Part shown: positions 1 through 12,598 of the stretch, piece after piece
Position numbering within the stretch: the first letter of the stretch is position 1
Layout: each line of letters starts with the position of its first letter
Assembly (NCBI RefSeq): GCF_000315625.1
Contig: NW_005434654.1
Coordinates: 556,632 to 620,631 of the forward strand
Direction of reading: 5' to 3'
DNA length: 64,000 nucleotides
Source: Guillardia theta CCMP2712
Lineage: Eukaryota > Protista > Cryptophyta
Made by a program: the position numbers and the translations under genes
The notes under the pieces: generated by a model
What the model was told of the DNA's origin: nothing
Database searches by the model: none
Seen by the model: only the letters and a program-made list of their open reading frames with translations

Positions 1-199
1 CTCCCCTCTCATGCCCTCTCCTCCTGCTCCATCCTCCTCCTCTTCGCTCTCCACTCCCCTCACCTCACCATTTCGTCGGCTGCCGGTCGCCCGGATATAG
101 ATTGAGCAGTGAGCACTCAAAAATTCCGAAGCCTTCATTATTGTGTCCCGTAGAGGGAACATTCTTGTGTTCTTCTGATAGAACAAATCCGGGTGCTGC

Positions 200-1471
200 A
201 TGTCCGTGATGGAGCGCTTGCGGCAGGCATGGCAGGGGCTCGTGGGGAAGAAGTTTTCAGACAAGGCTCTGCAGAAGGAGATGGATCTACTCGAGAACCT
301 GATCTACCTCACCCACAGGAAGATGCCCGTCGGATCTCCTCCCGACGATGCCATCGCCCATGCAGAGCAGATCAGTCCAGAGGAAAGGCAGTTGAAAGTA
401 ACGGAGCTGGTGCACGAGCAGGTCAAGAGCATCATGATTGCACTACACATGGAAAACGATCCACAATATGTGGGCAGCGCATCAAGAGTAGATCATAGCT
501 TCGATGTGCGGGAGTCCAGCATGGCGGGTGCTGGGATGGGCGTGTTCCTCCGAGGGAATGTGCGAGCAGGATCCGTAAGAGCATTGCGAGCTCGATCAGA
601 GAAACTGACACGTTTTCATTCACAAACAAGGTCATCATGTTCTATCCTGGACATGTGTACCTGCCTCATGTGATCTCTCGAAGATCCGACTTCCCCCAGG
701 TGCCATGCAGCTTGCTCTTTGTCGCAGAGGAATGAGAGTTTGTCAATGAAGCTCAACGATCCCGAGTTTCGTTTGGCCATTACAGGAGACTCTCTCATCG
801 ACCCATACAACATCGTGCATGAGTGCCATGCTGCTGCATCTTCTGCAAGTTGGCGAGTTTTGTAACTGTGGAGAATCTGTTCCACAAATGACTTTGTTGG
901 TTTCAGCCAAGAGCTCCAACAAGTAGATGCCGCGTTGATCGTGAAGAACAGGCTTGCTCTTGGTCATATGGTCAATCATGCGGGAGGATCGGGAAAGTCT
1001 CCCAATGTTGTCTCATGTGCCTATCAATTCCCATCGCAAGTACCGGCCGAATTGAGATACTTGATCCCCAATTCTCTTGTTCTACCGATCAACGAAAGGA
1101 AAGAAGGTGTCCTGACCAAAATGCTCTTTACTCTGTCGAACGAAGCATATCAATCGTATCAGCACTCAAAACTCATGCAAGAAAGTGAAATAATTCCTAC
1201 CCAAGTGTGTTCTGCATTATTGTGACCCGCCAATGATTGTTGCACAGGTTTTGATATCGAAATCTGATATTCCCGATGGGTCGGAGATCTTATTGGATTA
1301 TCGTTTGAATCCTAAGAAGAAGAAATATTGGCCAAGGTGATTGTTTGCATGCACTTTGTTTGCATGCAATTTTCTTCTCCTTCTGTTCCTGCCACACTGA
1401 TATGACTTGCAATCAGTTGGTACACTCCGGTGGATGTAGATGCAGCAAAGAGGCGCTGGGCTTATTTCTAG
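200..1471 (+). CDS. SETD9: SET domain-containing protein 9-like (multi-exon)
   Basis: Exons encode ESSMAGAGMGVFLRG, FYPGHVY, NRLALGHMVNH...PNV...YQFP...LRYLIPN, GSEILLDYRLNP and WYTPVDVDAAKRRW-stop; this is the SETD9-type SET fold pattern. Confidence 0.75.
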
Positions 1472-1543
1472 GGATGTATGAATACTCTTGTTGACGTAGT
1501 ACGCATTACGAACACGCTTCAAGCAACAAACTTGTCACGGCCT

Positions 1544-4158
1544 TCAATCGTCATCGATGCTTTCGGATTCTTTCGGTCGCTTCGTTCTCGACTTCAAGTC
1601 TTCGATCTCCTTGGGCGTGAGGTCTCGCATGCGCCCCCCACCCCTCTCAAGCTCCTCCTCTGTTGGTGGCTGGTTCCAAGGATATTGAGGATTAATCTCA
1701 GGGTCGAAGTCTTCATCCTTGTACATCGTCCACATTTGTGTCGAGTTTTGTACATCCTCGATGTAGACAGGTTCGGCATAACCGTACTTGCACCCTCTCC
1801 TCCTGCAATACTCGTTGGCAGCTTTTGTCCGCAATTCTTTGTATTCCTTTTCTCGTTCCTTGCAGATTGCGATGTGAGCGAGAAGCATCGAGCAATTCTC
1901 AATTTACCTCTCTCCATTTCTTGAACTCCCAGAAGTCAACGTCCGACCAGTTGTTCCAGTCACGACTTCTTTCATAGAAATCCTCCATGTCTTGAAAGCT
2001 CCAATCCTGGAGCTCGTAGAACGGCTCCTGCCACGCCACAGCACATGAGCAATGATACGTTCCTTTACAACGTTCACCTTGAGCCACTCTGCTTCGGCAC
2101 GTGTCGGCATCAGATATTTGGGCCACGTTCCATTCGGAGCAAAGTGTCGCTCAGCAAGCACGCCGAATGCATAAGCAACATGCTCTTCGAAAACAGACCG
2201 GACCTCAACACTTTCAGCCCCAAACTTCTTGCAAAGCTTCAGGTACTTCCTTGCGAAGGTTTGATTGTCATACTGCAAAGTTATCATGCAGTGTACACAA
2301 CAAGTCGACTCCACCTGATCCATGGTGAAATTGGGATCTAACTTTAGAGAAGAAGGAAAATTTTCGTAGTCATGATCAAGACCTTGGTCCAAGCAGTCCC
2401 CTAAGCGAAGACAGTCATCATTCTCATCGCAAGATGGAATTTCTCCATTTGTCCATGGATACTGCTCCTTCAAGGCCAAATGTTGACCCCTCCCGAAAAC
2501 CTACGCAAAAAATGATCAGGCTTTCTCTTCTACGAATAGTAGCCAAAGGCTCAACCTCAGCCATCTCCCAAGGCACGGTCAAGTTGAACCCATCAAGGGA
2601 CGAGTCTGATGGCAAGGGCAACTCTGTTGGTAGGAACTCTCCCATCTGACCCAGCGAGAGAGTCGTCTCAGGCCCAATGCGGGACTTCGCATCGAAAGAA
2701 GTATGGATGAATGGCAGATTATCCTTGAAAATCGTTCGACGAACATCCAGGTTGTGGAGCAAGTCGCAGGCATCTTCATCGTAGACCTCCTCCTCCTCCT
2801 CCTCCCCATCCTCCTCCTGTTCTGTGATGTTGGTGTACATGATGGTGCTAAAGGCCCCACCCGCATTCGGACACTGATTCCCAAAGAAGGAGCAGTTGTA
2901 CACCCAGGTTACCTCGGTGCTCTGAAGGAACATCGCTCCTCCTCCTCGCAACAGACCCCATGCCGTGTTGTTCAAGAAAGTGCATCCTGTGATGTTGCAC
3001 CTTGAGCTATTGAACATGGCGAAGGCGCCCCCCGAGTCCCTCGCCACGTTCCCCTGGAACAGGCAGTCCAGGAAGGTAAGCTGCGCTGGAGTGGGGTTGG
3101 AGTGAGTGGTATTCACTGACACTGCCCCTCCGCACAGGCAGCTCTCCCCCCCATTCTTCTTGAAGGTGCAGTTGCTGACTCTACATCGAGATCTTTTGGC
3201 CAGGTGAAGGCAAGAGCCCACCATGTAGTCGTGGAGCTCGCTCAGCGGCTCTGAGTCTCGGGTGAGGTTGAGTTGCTTGTGACGCATCAGGTTCTTGGAG
3301 AAGATGCACCTCTCGAGGAGGATGCGGGAGGAGTCGGTGACTTTCAACGTGCTCCCAAAACAAGATCTGAAGATGCAACATGCCGCCTTGACTGTCGCGT
3401 GCCTGTTCAACAGCATGGCCGATCTGGCGTTCTTGAAGAGCAGGCCGGAGACCCGGAGTTCACTCCCTGGCGCCCCTGTTACATTCCAGATGAAGGAAGC
3501 ATTCTCTCCATCAAGAAGCACATGCTCTTTGCTTTTCTCAAGGAAGTTGGACGATATGATGGAAAGCTTTTGATTTCTCCCCAACACCATGTTGAGCTTC
3601 TTGTTTCGCTTCGTTGCATAGATTCCTGGCTTGACGATCACTGTCGAATCCTGCAGGAATCACCCCATCAGGTGAATTCAACGCCAAAGATCCCTCCTCT
3701 CCTTACCCTCCTCTTCACAACCTGCTGCAGGGCACGGAAAATGGACTGAAAGGGATGCTGCTCGTCTCCTGTGCCCTGCCATGCGTCATGGTCAAACAAG
3801 CATCTGGCGAGAATCATGTTACCGAGACATCATTCCCAGACTCTGCGTCCACGTGGACTCGAAATGAAGATAGAATATCGGTGGAAGGGTGATATGGTTG
3901 ATGCAGGTCTCCCTGCTCCTCGGAGTTCTCCTCCATGTACTCCGGTAGGTAACCACCCCGCAGTGAAAGTCTGCTGGGTCTGCCGGAGGGTTCGGACCTT
4001 CGCAAGAGCAATGCGATCTTCGCTCGTGTGTCTGCATGGACAAACTTCAGCTTCTTGCTCATCAGCTCGTCCATGTCCATCGGCTGCTCCTGCATGCATG
4101 GCGACACCAGCAGCAGCGCCAGCAGCATGGGACCATGCCACGATCCCATCACATCCAC
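1544..4158 (-). CDS. Signal-peptide protein with right-handed beta-helix / polymorphic-membrane-protein-like repeats (multi-exon)
   Basis: Hydrophobic N-terminus MLLALLLVSPC; repeated F..N...GGA motifs (TFKKNGG..GGAV, FQGNVARDSGGAF, FLNNTA..GGGAM, FFGNQCPNAGGAF); ORFs 3641-2424, 2479-1904 and 1888-1544 join via short GT-AG introns. Confidence 0.65.
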
Positions 4159-4768
4159 CAGACGTAAACCTCATCCCCACACTGACCAATGAAGAAACCC
4201 TCATACAGCCCGCCCAACAACAAAGTTGACAAAAACTTTGATCCCTCCTTCCCCTGCCGGACCACCGGCAACCCGGGCACCCCCGCCATGGCGTTGCGTG
4301 CACGCGGAAGCAGGGGAGGCGGGGAAGATGGGAAGGAGGAGGCACCTGTGGACAGTCTCCACCCCCTCTTCCGTCTGGAAGGTACTCCTCTCCTCTGCTA
4401 CTTCTTCCTACCTCCTACCCCCTACCTCCTACCTCCTACCTCTTCCATTTTTGCTTCTCAGCTTTGTTGGGAGCCTGCCTGCGGAGAGCCGGCAGATCGG
4501 CTGCTCAAACACCTTTCAGGGGGCGGCGTTCTCGTTCCCAATGCACTACAAAAGCAGGACGAGGACGACAGGTAGTTGCATGCATCGCTCGGCAACCTGT
4601 ATGCGCGCATGACCAGTGGAACGAAGGTTGGAGTTCGAGGAAGCCTCGTGCAATCCGGGGTACAACGGAGACTCATCCTACCTCGACACCTATTCCGTCA
4701 GGTTCTTGTTGTTGCTCCATGATGATTTCTAGATGATTGCATTGCACAGGAGCAATCGCGATGTGATG

Positions 4769-7700
4769 TATGCAAAGTCGCTGGGGAAAAAGTACAGTTC
4801 GTTGCCTGAATCGCCGTCGAGCGTGATCTTAGATATCTCCCTTATCTTCGTCCTCTTCTTTTTATTTCTGGCGCTCGTGTATCACTTGATCTACGACATC
4901 TTCGGCACAAACCTTCATTCTTTGTTAACGGGGGGCATCTCGAGGACCTTCTTTGTCAGTGTCTGTTTGGGGATCATCTTACGTACGGTATACACAAGTT
5001 GTTTCCCTCCCTCCATGCTCTGACGGCCTTCTGATCAGCTCAAGAACTTGTACTTGCTCATCCGGACAGTGGAGAGTTCGTCTGACGCATCGGTCATACA
5101 ATGGTACAGACATCTCTTGACTCTTACGTTGTTCGGAGCATACTTCCTGGCCTTCTTCAACGGGAAGGATATTTCCAAGCACGTGATGCAGCTCTGGTCT
5201 AGTTTCGATGTAGCTTCTTTTCACAGCCATTTCAACAACAACAACAACAACAACGCAATCAAGATCACATACAACCAGCACGATTGGGAGAGAGAGCGTG
5301 AAGCGCTGATGCAGGTCGCTGAACCTGCAGCGGCTCTTCTTTCTGACACCGTTGCTCCTAAGGTTGCCGAAGATTGTGCAATCCGAGAGAAAGCGCTGAT
5401 GCAGCAGGCGAGCGAAAGGAAAAGAATGCCTCATCGGCTCATGCAGGAATCGACCCGAGGGCATGAGACTGCGCAGTGGAGTAGTGTCGGCTCAACTCCC
5501 GGCAGGGAGCAAGGAGGACCTTCGAGTGCTGCAAAAGAATTGGCAGCGAAAATTGCAAACGAGCAGGTTGACTGCGACAAGACATGAAGACGTCTTGAGC
5601 GCAGGACGCTGACATGCATCGCCAGGCGTTAGCAAGCATGGTGAATGAGCCGCTAGACATCTTTGACGACGACGATAGCACCAGGATCAAGCGACTGGCG
5701 ATCAAGAATGCATTTCTGCATGCGTGGGAGGCCTATGAGATGTAACTTGTTTCAGGAACTCTAATCAGTAATGCCATGGCAGGCACGCTTTTGGAAAGGA
5801 TGAAGTGCATCCGCTTTCTCAGCAAGGGCATGACATCATGGTGAAACGAGAGAGAGGCGGCAGTTGTAGCTGAGGTCGAGCAGGGACTTGGCGTGACAAT
5901 CATCGACGCGCTTGATACAATGCTGGTCATGGGGTTGGCAAGCTCGCCGGTTTACAAGAGGGCGAGAAGTTGGGTACAGAGTGGTTTTGATCCGAAACCG
6001 AACAAAGATATCTCCGTCTTTGAGGTCAGCGGTTTCTGCCTAGAGAACCATCCTGACGTCTTTTCAGGCAACCATCCGCGTTCTGGGAGGGCTGCTTTCT
6101 GCTTTCGGGCTGACAGGAGATCGCATGTACGCTGAGAAGGTACCGCGTGCTCTGCGTTGACGAAGATCACGAGCTGCCAGGCGACTGAGCTGGGCGACGT
6201 TCTGCTCACGGCGATGCAAACTCCGACGGGACTTCCTGCTTCTGTTATCAATCCCAAGCTCGGCTCCTCCAAGCAAAGCTTCATCAACCCCTATAACGGC
6301 AATCAGTGCAAGTTCGGCGATCCCACCACTCTGGCCGAGGCGGGCAGTGTGCAGATGGTTCCCTTTCACTTGCTGTAGATTGGCACATGATACGAGCTCC
6401 CCAGGAGTTGCAGTACCTGTCGCATATCACAGGAGACCCCAAGTACGCGGCAGCTGCTGATCGTTCGATCGCGAAGCTTCTCAGCCTCGCAGTGAAGAGC
6501 AAGGACAAGGTTACCAGCTCGACTACCTCGGCTTTCGTGTTGACCTGTGCTGCTGGCAGCCGGAGAATCCGCTCTTTCCTGTCGACGTGCACCCGAGGGA
6601 AGGGAGGTTTGTAACCGACAGAATCTCCATGGGCTCAGGAGGAGACAGGTGAGAGGAAGAGAGTGGAACTGTTCCATTCGTTTTTAGTCGTTTTGCAGTT
6701 TCTATGAATGTATCTTGAAGCAAGCAATTCTCCGTCCGCTCTCGGCCGGGCATCTTCGTTCAATCTTTCAGAATGTCACCGTAAGTGCAATCGAGAAGGT
6801 TGGAGCAGAGGTGGATGGTCTCTCGGTGATTTTTCTTCATTGCAACTGATGTGCGAAATCCTCACGGACCTTCAGTTTCTCGGACAATGCTCCGTTACAT
6901 CCCCCGAAACGATGAAGCGGATGGAGGTGAACGAGACATCAGCATCATTGTTTTGCCGTGACGTGATTATGAAGCACCTTGCTTGTTTTGCTCCTGCGAT
7001 GCTGGTGCTCGCGTACAACGAAGACAGGTGATCTTTGCGCATCATGACAACCTCTCCCCAACTCCCTCGCTTCTCAACGTCTTGTTTCAGATCGCAAACT
7101 GCATACCTGGTCGAGGCCGAGAATCTTATGCGCGTTAGTCTCTTCTCATCTGCTGCGCCACAGTGCCTCACTTCTTGGCAGACTTGCATGAGCATGTACC
7201 AAGTGACGCAGACAGGTCTGGCAGCCGAGCAGTACGACATCAAGGTAGGATTCAATGAGAAGATTGCACAATTGAAGATGTGTGGGAGGGGGCGGGACAA
7301 GAAAGAAAGGATGGGATAGGGAGCCGCAGTGATACCTTACTTCAGGTGAAGCCAACCAAGCTGACACCCACTGTTCGCCAAAAGTATTCCTTGCTCCGAC
7401 CTGAAGCTGTTGAAAGCGCCTTCTTCCTATGGAGGGTAACGAGGAAGGTCCGTATCCTCCCTCGCTCCCCTTCCCTCCATCCCCTCACGGATCGTGAGCA
7501 TCTCTGACTGTCTGCTCACTCGCAGAGGATCTACCGCGACTTCGGCTGGCAGTTCTTCATGTCTCTAGAGAAGTATTGTAGGAGGAGCTTCCAAGGAGGA
7601 GGCTACACGGCGATCCTCGATGTAGACCATGCAGCCTCAGCTGGCAGCGCGAGCGATGCCAACCGGATGGATCGACTTGACTCCTTCTTCTTCTCCGAAA

Positions 7701-7860
7701 CCCTCAAATACTTGTAAGTGCTTCCCCTCTCCACGTGCCAGCGCTCAGTTGAGCTCGCAGGTATCTCCTCTTTACGCCGCATTCCGTCCTTCCCTTAAGT
7801 CAGTTCGTGTTCAACACCGAGGCCCATCCGTTTCCTATCATCGAAAGGCCGCCGTTTTGA
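4769..7860 (+). CDS. Class I alpha-1,2-mannosidase, glycosyl hydrolase family 47 (multi-exon)
   Basis: FLHAWEAYE, TIIDALDTM, SVFE-TIRVLGGLLSA, TPTGLP, LAEAGSVQMELQYLSH, SMGSGGD-SFYE, HLACF, LRPEAVES, SFFFSETLKYLYLLF, FNTEAHP; start codon approximate. Confidence 0.92.
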
Positions 7861-7991
7861 CCGTCACTCTTTTCCCCATCTCAATGCATTGCATTTTTTT
7901 CGAATGTTCATGTATCAAAAGTTTTGCAACAAAGGAGCTCCATTCAAATGATTCTTCTCTCACTTCAAGTTGATATCTCTACACACGATGC

Positions 7992-9298
7992 CTAAGAGCT
8001 TGCGCCAAGCATCATTGTTACATACTCATATACTACAAACGTGATGGCTGCGGTGGGAACGACTCTGGAGAAATTTACGAAGTCAGGCGGCATGCATCAG
8101 CGAGCAAGATAAGACCTGAGAAGGTTCGAGCCAAGTCCCTTGTAGAAACCCTGTAGACCCTCTCCATGAAAGATCTTGCTCACTGTGTCTACAGGGCCCC
8201 TGTAGTACCGGCGGTTTCTCTCCAGCTGAAAGTTGACCGCTACCTCCTCGGTGTTCTGCTGGGCGAGTCAAGGAGGAAGACATTCCATGCACCTTCACCT
8301 GATTCATCTGCTTCAGCCGCTCCGCCACCACTGTGGGGTCAAGCTGCTGCATCCTCGATCGGATGACTTGGAACGGATAAGTCAACACCGATGAAAACAT
8401 CTTGGCAGTGGAGCCTGACAACATGTCAACTACAAACCTGCTGAGGGACATTGAAATCATCTTGTACCGACTAGGAACGTTTGCCATGCGTAGAGCCTGT
8501 CCTCCGTCGGCCCGTAGGGCAGCACGAGCTTCTTGATCTCTTCGTAAACGGCGAAGTGGATGGAAACGTGAGACACGAGGAGCAGGGAAGGCAGGAGCCC
8601 CCTCCAGAGGGCAAACAGCTGCAGCAACCGAGTCATTACTTGGATCTTGAGGAGGATGGCCTTATTACCCCTTCATGCTGGACGACGCTGGTCATTACAT
8701 GATGCATGCCATTGTACTGGAACCCTGAGCCGTGCTGCAGCTGCAACCTGACTTTTGCCAGCCATATCGGTTGAGTGATGGCGGCAGTAACAACCCCTGC
8801 TGCTGTGGCACATGCCAGGTTCACCCCGGGGCCCAAGTGACTCATCCCTGTGACAAGGTCAGAAGCCAAGCTCGTCGTCGCTCTGCGGACTCGCGAAGAC
8901 TCACCCACAGCATCTTTCGGCCTAGGGAGGTGGCTGCTCGCAAACTCTCGCAGGCGCTTGTAGCCGTAGAAGTAGCAGCCCCAGGAGACTGTGGATCCCA
9001 CCAGGTTCGGTCCCAGCCCAGCATACAAGCTTGCAGGCCCCTCAGTCTTGACGATGGTCACGATTGCATGAGCAGTTGACCGATAAACAGGGATGTGCGA
9101 GAGTTTACCGTCCTGGACCTGAAACCGGGTGTTGACTACGTCCAAAGGGTGCATCACAACAGCACTGACGAAGCCTCCCGACAGCCCAGCTACTGCATTC
9201 TTCCAGTAGCTCTGCTCTTGTGCAGGATTTCCAACCTGCTGGTGATCTGACTTGTTAGCTATCCCTGGATCAGTCCCTTGTCTCATTTGAGCCACCAT
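7992..9298 (-). CDS. Mitochondrial carrier family protein, folate/FAD carrier (SLC25A32-like)
   Basis: Three carrier signatures HPLDVVNTRFQVQDG, QPIWLAKVRLQLQ, YPFQVIRSRMQ; SWGCYFYGY; C-terminal RVVPTAAITFVVYE. Confidence 0.88.
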
Positions 9299-10180
9299 GC
9301 TGATTCTGTCTTCCTTAGAATGTAGATACCAAGGAAATCAGCAGAATCTTGTCAGTTCCTAGAGCTATCGCATGGTACTGCATCGTTTCTCAACCTTGAC
9401 ATTGGGATTCGACCGTTCAGCGAGCATTTCTCTCAACTTATCCTGTCCACCTTCGAAAGTCAGAGAATTCAACAGGAGGCTTGCTTCTGGATATTGTCAC
9501 ACAGCTCATTATCCTGTCACCAGCATTATCTCCTCGTCATCGTCTCATCTCCTTCTCGTCTGCCCATCGTCATCGTCCCTCGTCTGACATGGTCATCGCT
9601 CGAGCAAGCATGATAATCAGCATCCGACCCCCCGCGGCCGCAAATTCCACCCTACCTCGTGAACCTTTTTGACCACCCTACCCACTTCAACACCCTACTC
9701 TCTTGTTGAACTACCCACCCATGTATGTCCCCTGGATCTCAAAGGAATATAGAGACCCCACCCAATGTAGCCTTGTACTACCCACCCCTACTTTCATCAC
9801 CCTTCTCCTGCATCCTTTCCCCCACCCCTTCCTATTCCTTCTACCCCACCCCATCAAAGTCTGATCCTTTGACCGAATGGATGACCTCTTCCCCGCGCTT
9901 ACCCTGACTTGGAAGCCGTTGGTGGCTACCAGGGGTGGCTACCGCCAGGCAATGCAGCTCAGGCTGGCAATGCGGGGCGGGGGAGAGGGAGGAGGGGAGA
10001 GGAGAGGAGCTCGACAAGAACGAGGAGGAAGAAGGGAAGAAAAAAACAGGGCAGGGAAGGCAGGAGACCGTTCCTTGTAAGGCGAGCACAATCAAATACT
10101 ATCATAGCCTTGGCTCCAATCGCCCTGCCTAGTTTACCAGTCGCCGAGGCTGGTAGACGAAACTTTGCGAGCACAAGCAA

Positions 10181-10310
10181 CATTGTGCACGATCTAAGGA
10201 CAAAGGAACATTGTGCACGATCTAAGGACAAAGGAACATTGTGCACGATCTAAGGACAAAGGAACATTGTGCACGATCTAAGGACAAAGGATGATTGTGT
10301 ACGATCCGAG
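10181..10310 (+). repeat. 28-bp tandem repeat (CATTGTGCACGATCTAAGGACAAAGGAA) x4 plus a diverged partial copy
   Basis: Units start at 10181, 10209, 10237 and 10265 with no spacers. Confidence 0.95.
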
Positions 10311-12545
10311 CGAGATATTCTCAACATTATGGTGGATGGAGGGGTCAGTGATACCAGGCATCCTCTTCCTTGCGGCGATCAGTGGAATGAACGGCATCGT
10401 TGCAGTAAGAACTATCCTGTGGTCGATTCCGTCTGGAAGTTTAAATGTGAGAGCAGGTGTATTTCAAAGAAAACTACAACTATTACATAACTAGCACAAC
10501 ACATTCACTGATGGCGTCGACACTCGGGTTCTTCTTGATCTTGAAGAACTGTCTCGGTGAGGGCGCCTTTGCTGTCTGTAACCTCAAAGTTTGACATGTG
10601 CTTCTCCGAAGCCTTCTTCCACTTCCATAGCGCAAAGAGGTAGGAGCAATGATCACATCGCATCTTTACCGACTGGAACAACTCGCTGACCTCTAATTAC
10701 ACTTGTGCTTGCATAGAACGGTGCATGACTTGCTGGATGCGATGCGGACTCTTGCGATCCATGTGCAAGCCTATGGAGTGGCGAGAAGCGAAGATGAGGT
10801 TCTCTTATGAGCTGACTGTTGCTTGCTCTGAGTCTCGTCGAAGGCTCGGGATATTGTCAACACATATACAAATCTATCCAAACATCTCGTTGTCATGTGA
10901 GCAAAAGAGTCTGAGGAGACAATGACTGAACTAGCGTCAGGTTTTACAGCCTGACCTTGCATCTCCGGAAACAGAACGTTCTCCCTCCCAAGTCAAGATT
11001 ACCACTGTGAAGCGGTTGGCGAAGTCTGAGAAGCGTCTGACTCTGGTCAGGTACTTGTACCCATGGGAACTCTCGAAGTGGAATGAAGCGACGGTCCGAC
11101 CGCTCGCATGCCTTGTGATGATCAACAACGACATCTCCAAACTGCGCAACAAAGGGATTTACTCCGATCAAGTGATGAATCTGCCTGACGTTGGCTCGAC
11201 GTTGATCGCAAGATGCAGGTGGCGTGCATGATGTCCAAGGAGGTCAAGAGGATGACACAGATCTTCGGCGAGATGGAAAAGTTGAAAGACAGTCCGACCA
11301 TTCCCTTTGCATACTATCAGTTCTGCAAGTAATCTTGTAGGCGTCATTTCAGCTCGCCTGATTTCTATTTGCAGCTGGACAACTCTGGCATACTCCTTGA
11401 CCGTCCCAGCGGCGATTGGAACCTACGACACGTACTACACAGCCACGTCCTTGTTGTCTTTCTTCGTGGCAGCCCTCTTCATAGGGCTCAACTTCATCGG
11501 GTGATAGCTTGCTTGACATGTCCTCTCCCATTCACCCCAGCAATTCAGAAATCTCCTGCAAAATCCGTTCGGGCTCGGGCCCAACGACATCCCTCTGGAG
11601 CAGTGGGGGCAGTCACTTGAGAACGAGCTCTACCAGCACTTCCCCATCTTCAAGTTCAGGTTTCTTCCTCTCTTCGCATCACCTTCGCTGGGTTCACGCG
11701 TGCTCGACTTGGCTGCAGGTTCGGAGCTTTCCCTCTCTTTGTGGAAGATTTCACAGCGTACCCTCCGGAGGATCGACGTGCCCTCTACAAGGACGACTCG
11801 TCCATCACCATGTTTCACAAGCCGTCTGCCTGGATTGTGACGAGGAACAAGATACGAGCTGCTATGAGGTTGGGGAATAGGAAGCTGAAGAAGTTCCGAG
11901 AGGCCAAACCCACAAGAGAGGCGATAGTTGCAGAGATCATGCGAGATCGGAGGAAGCAAGCCTTTGATGACATGTCGCTGCTTGTGCAGCAGTTCGGTGA
12001 GATCCTCTCTTGTTCTGTTCTCACATTCAATCCCTTGAGAAGGTGCGGCGCCAAAGGACAGGGAGGGATCAAACAAAAACGCAACGCAGAAGTACTCGAA
12101 GGTTGCAGCAGAAGAATCAGCTTCACACCCAGCCGAAACTTCTGAGATGGACAACAAAGAGGAAAGAGAATCAGAAACGATGCAAGACAAAGCTGACGAA
12201 ATTCTCAACACGCAGCTAAGAAGTGGATGCTGACTTGTGAGATTACATCCCCATGACTTGCTTGTAGGTCGAGGCAGAAGATCTCGAGCTCCGGCCGAGC
12301 TAACACCCAAACCAGCAATAGTGAAACAAGCTTCACTGCTCATCAAGAGGTTCCCTGAGAGCGAAGAGATGTGAGTAGCTCTACTGCCTTGACCGCCACC
12401 TGTAACCCTTCTACCCCACAGGCAGCAGATGTACCAACAGATCATCAACCCCAACATCCCCGACGTAGACAAGACAGCGATGCTTGCCCTGATGAATGCA
12501 GAGGCAAACGCACTGTCCGATGAGATCGACTTAGACTTGCATTGA
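10291..12545 (+). CDS. Bestrophin / RFP-TM family anion channel (multi-exon)
   Basis: N-terminal MIVYDPSEIFSTLWWMEGSVIP, TM segments, SPTIPFAYYQ, and LQNPFGLGPNDIPLE (bestrophin NPFG..ND.PL motif). Confidence 0.8.
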
Positions 12546-12598
12546 ATTGAGACATGTAACAATATAGAGACAATGACAAGAAAGCGAAGAATCGCCCT

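Noticed and set aside
10291-12545. Possible bestrhodopsin (rhodopsin-bestrophin fusion)
   Set aside because: No seven-helix rhodopsin or retinal-binding lysine motif upstream or downstream; it looks like a plain bestrophin
11630-12562. 310-aa minus-strand ORF
   Set aside because: Antisense shadow of the bestrophin 3' exons
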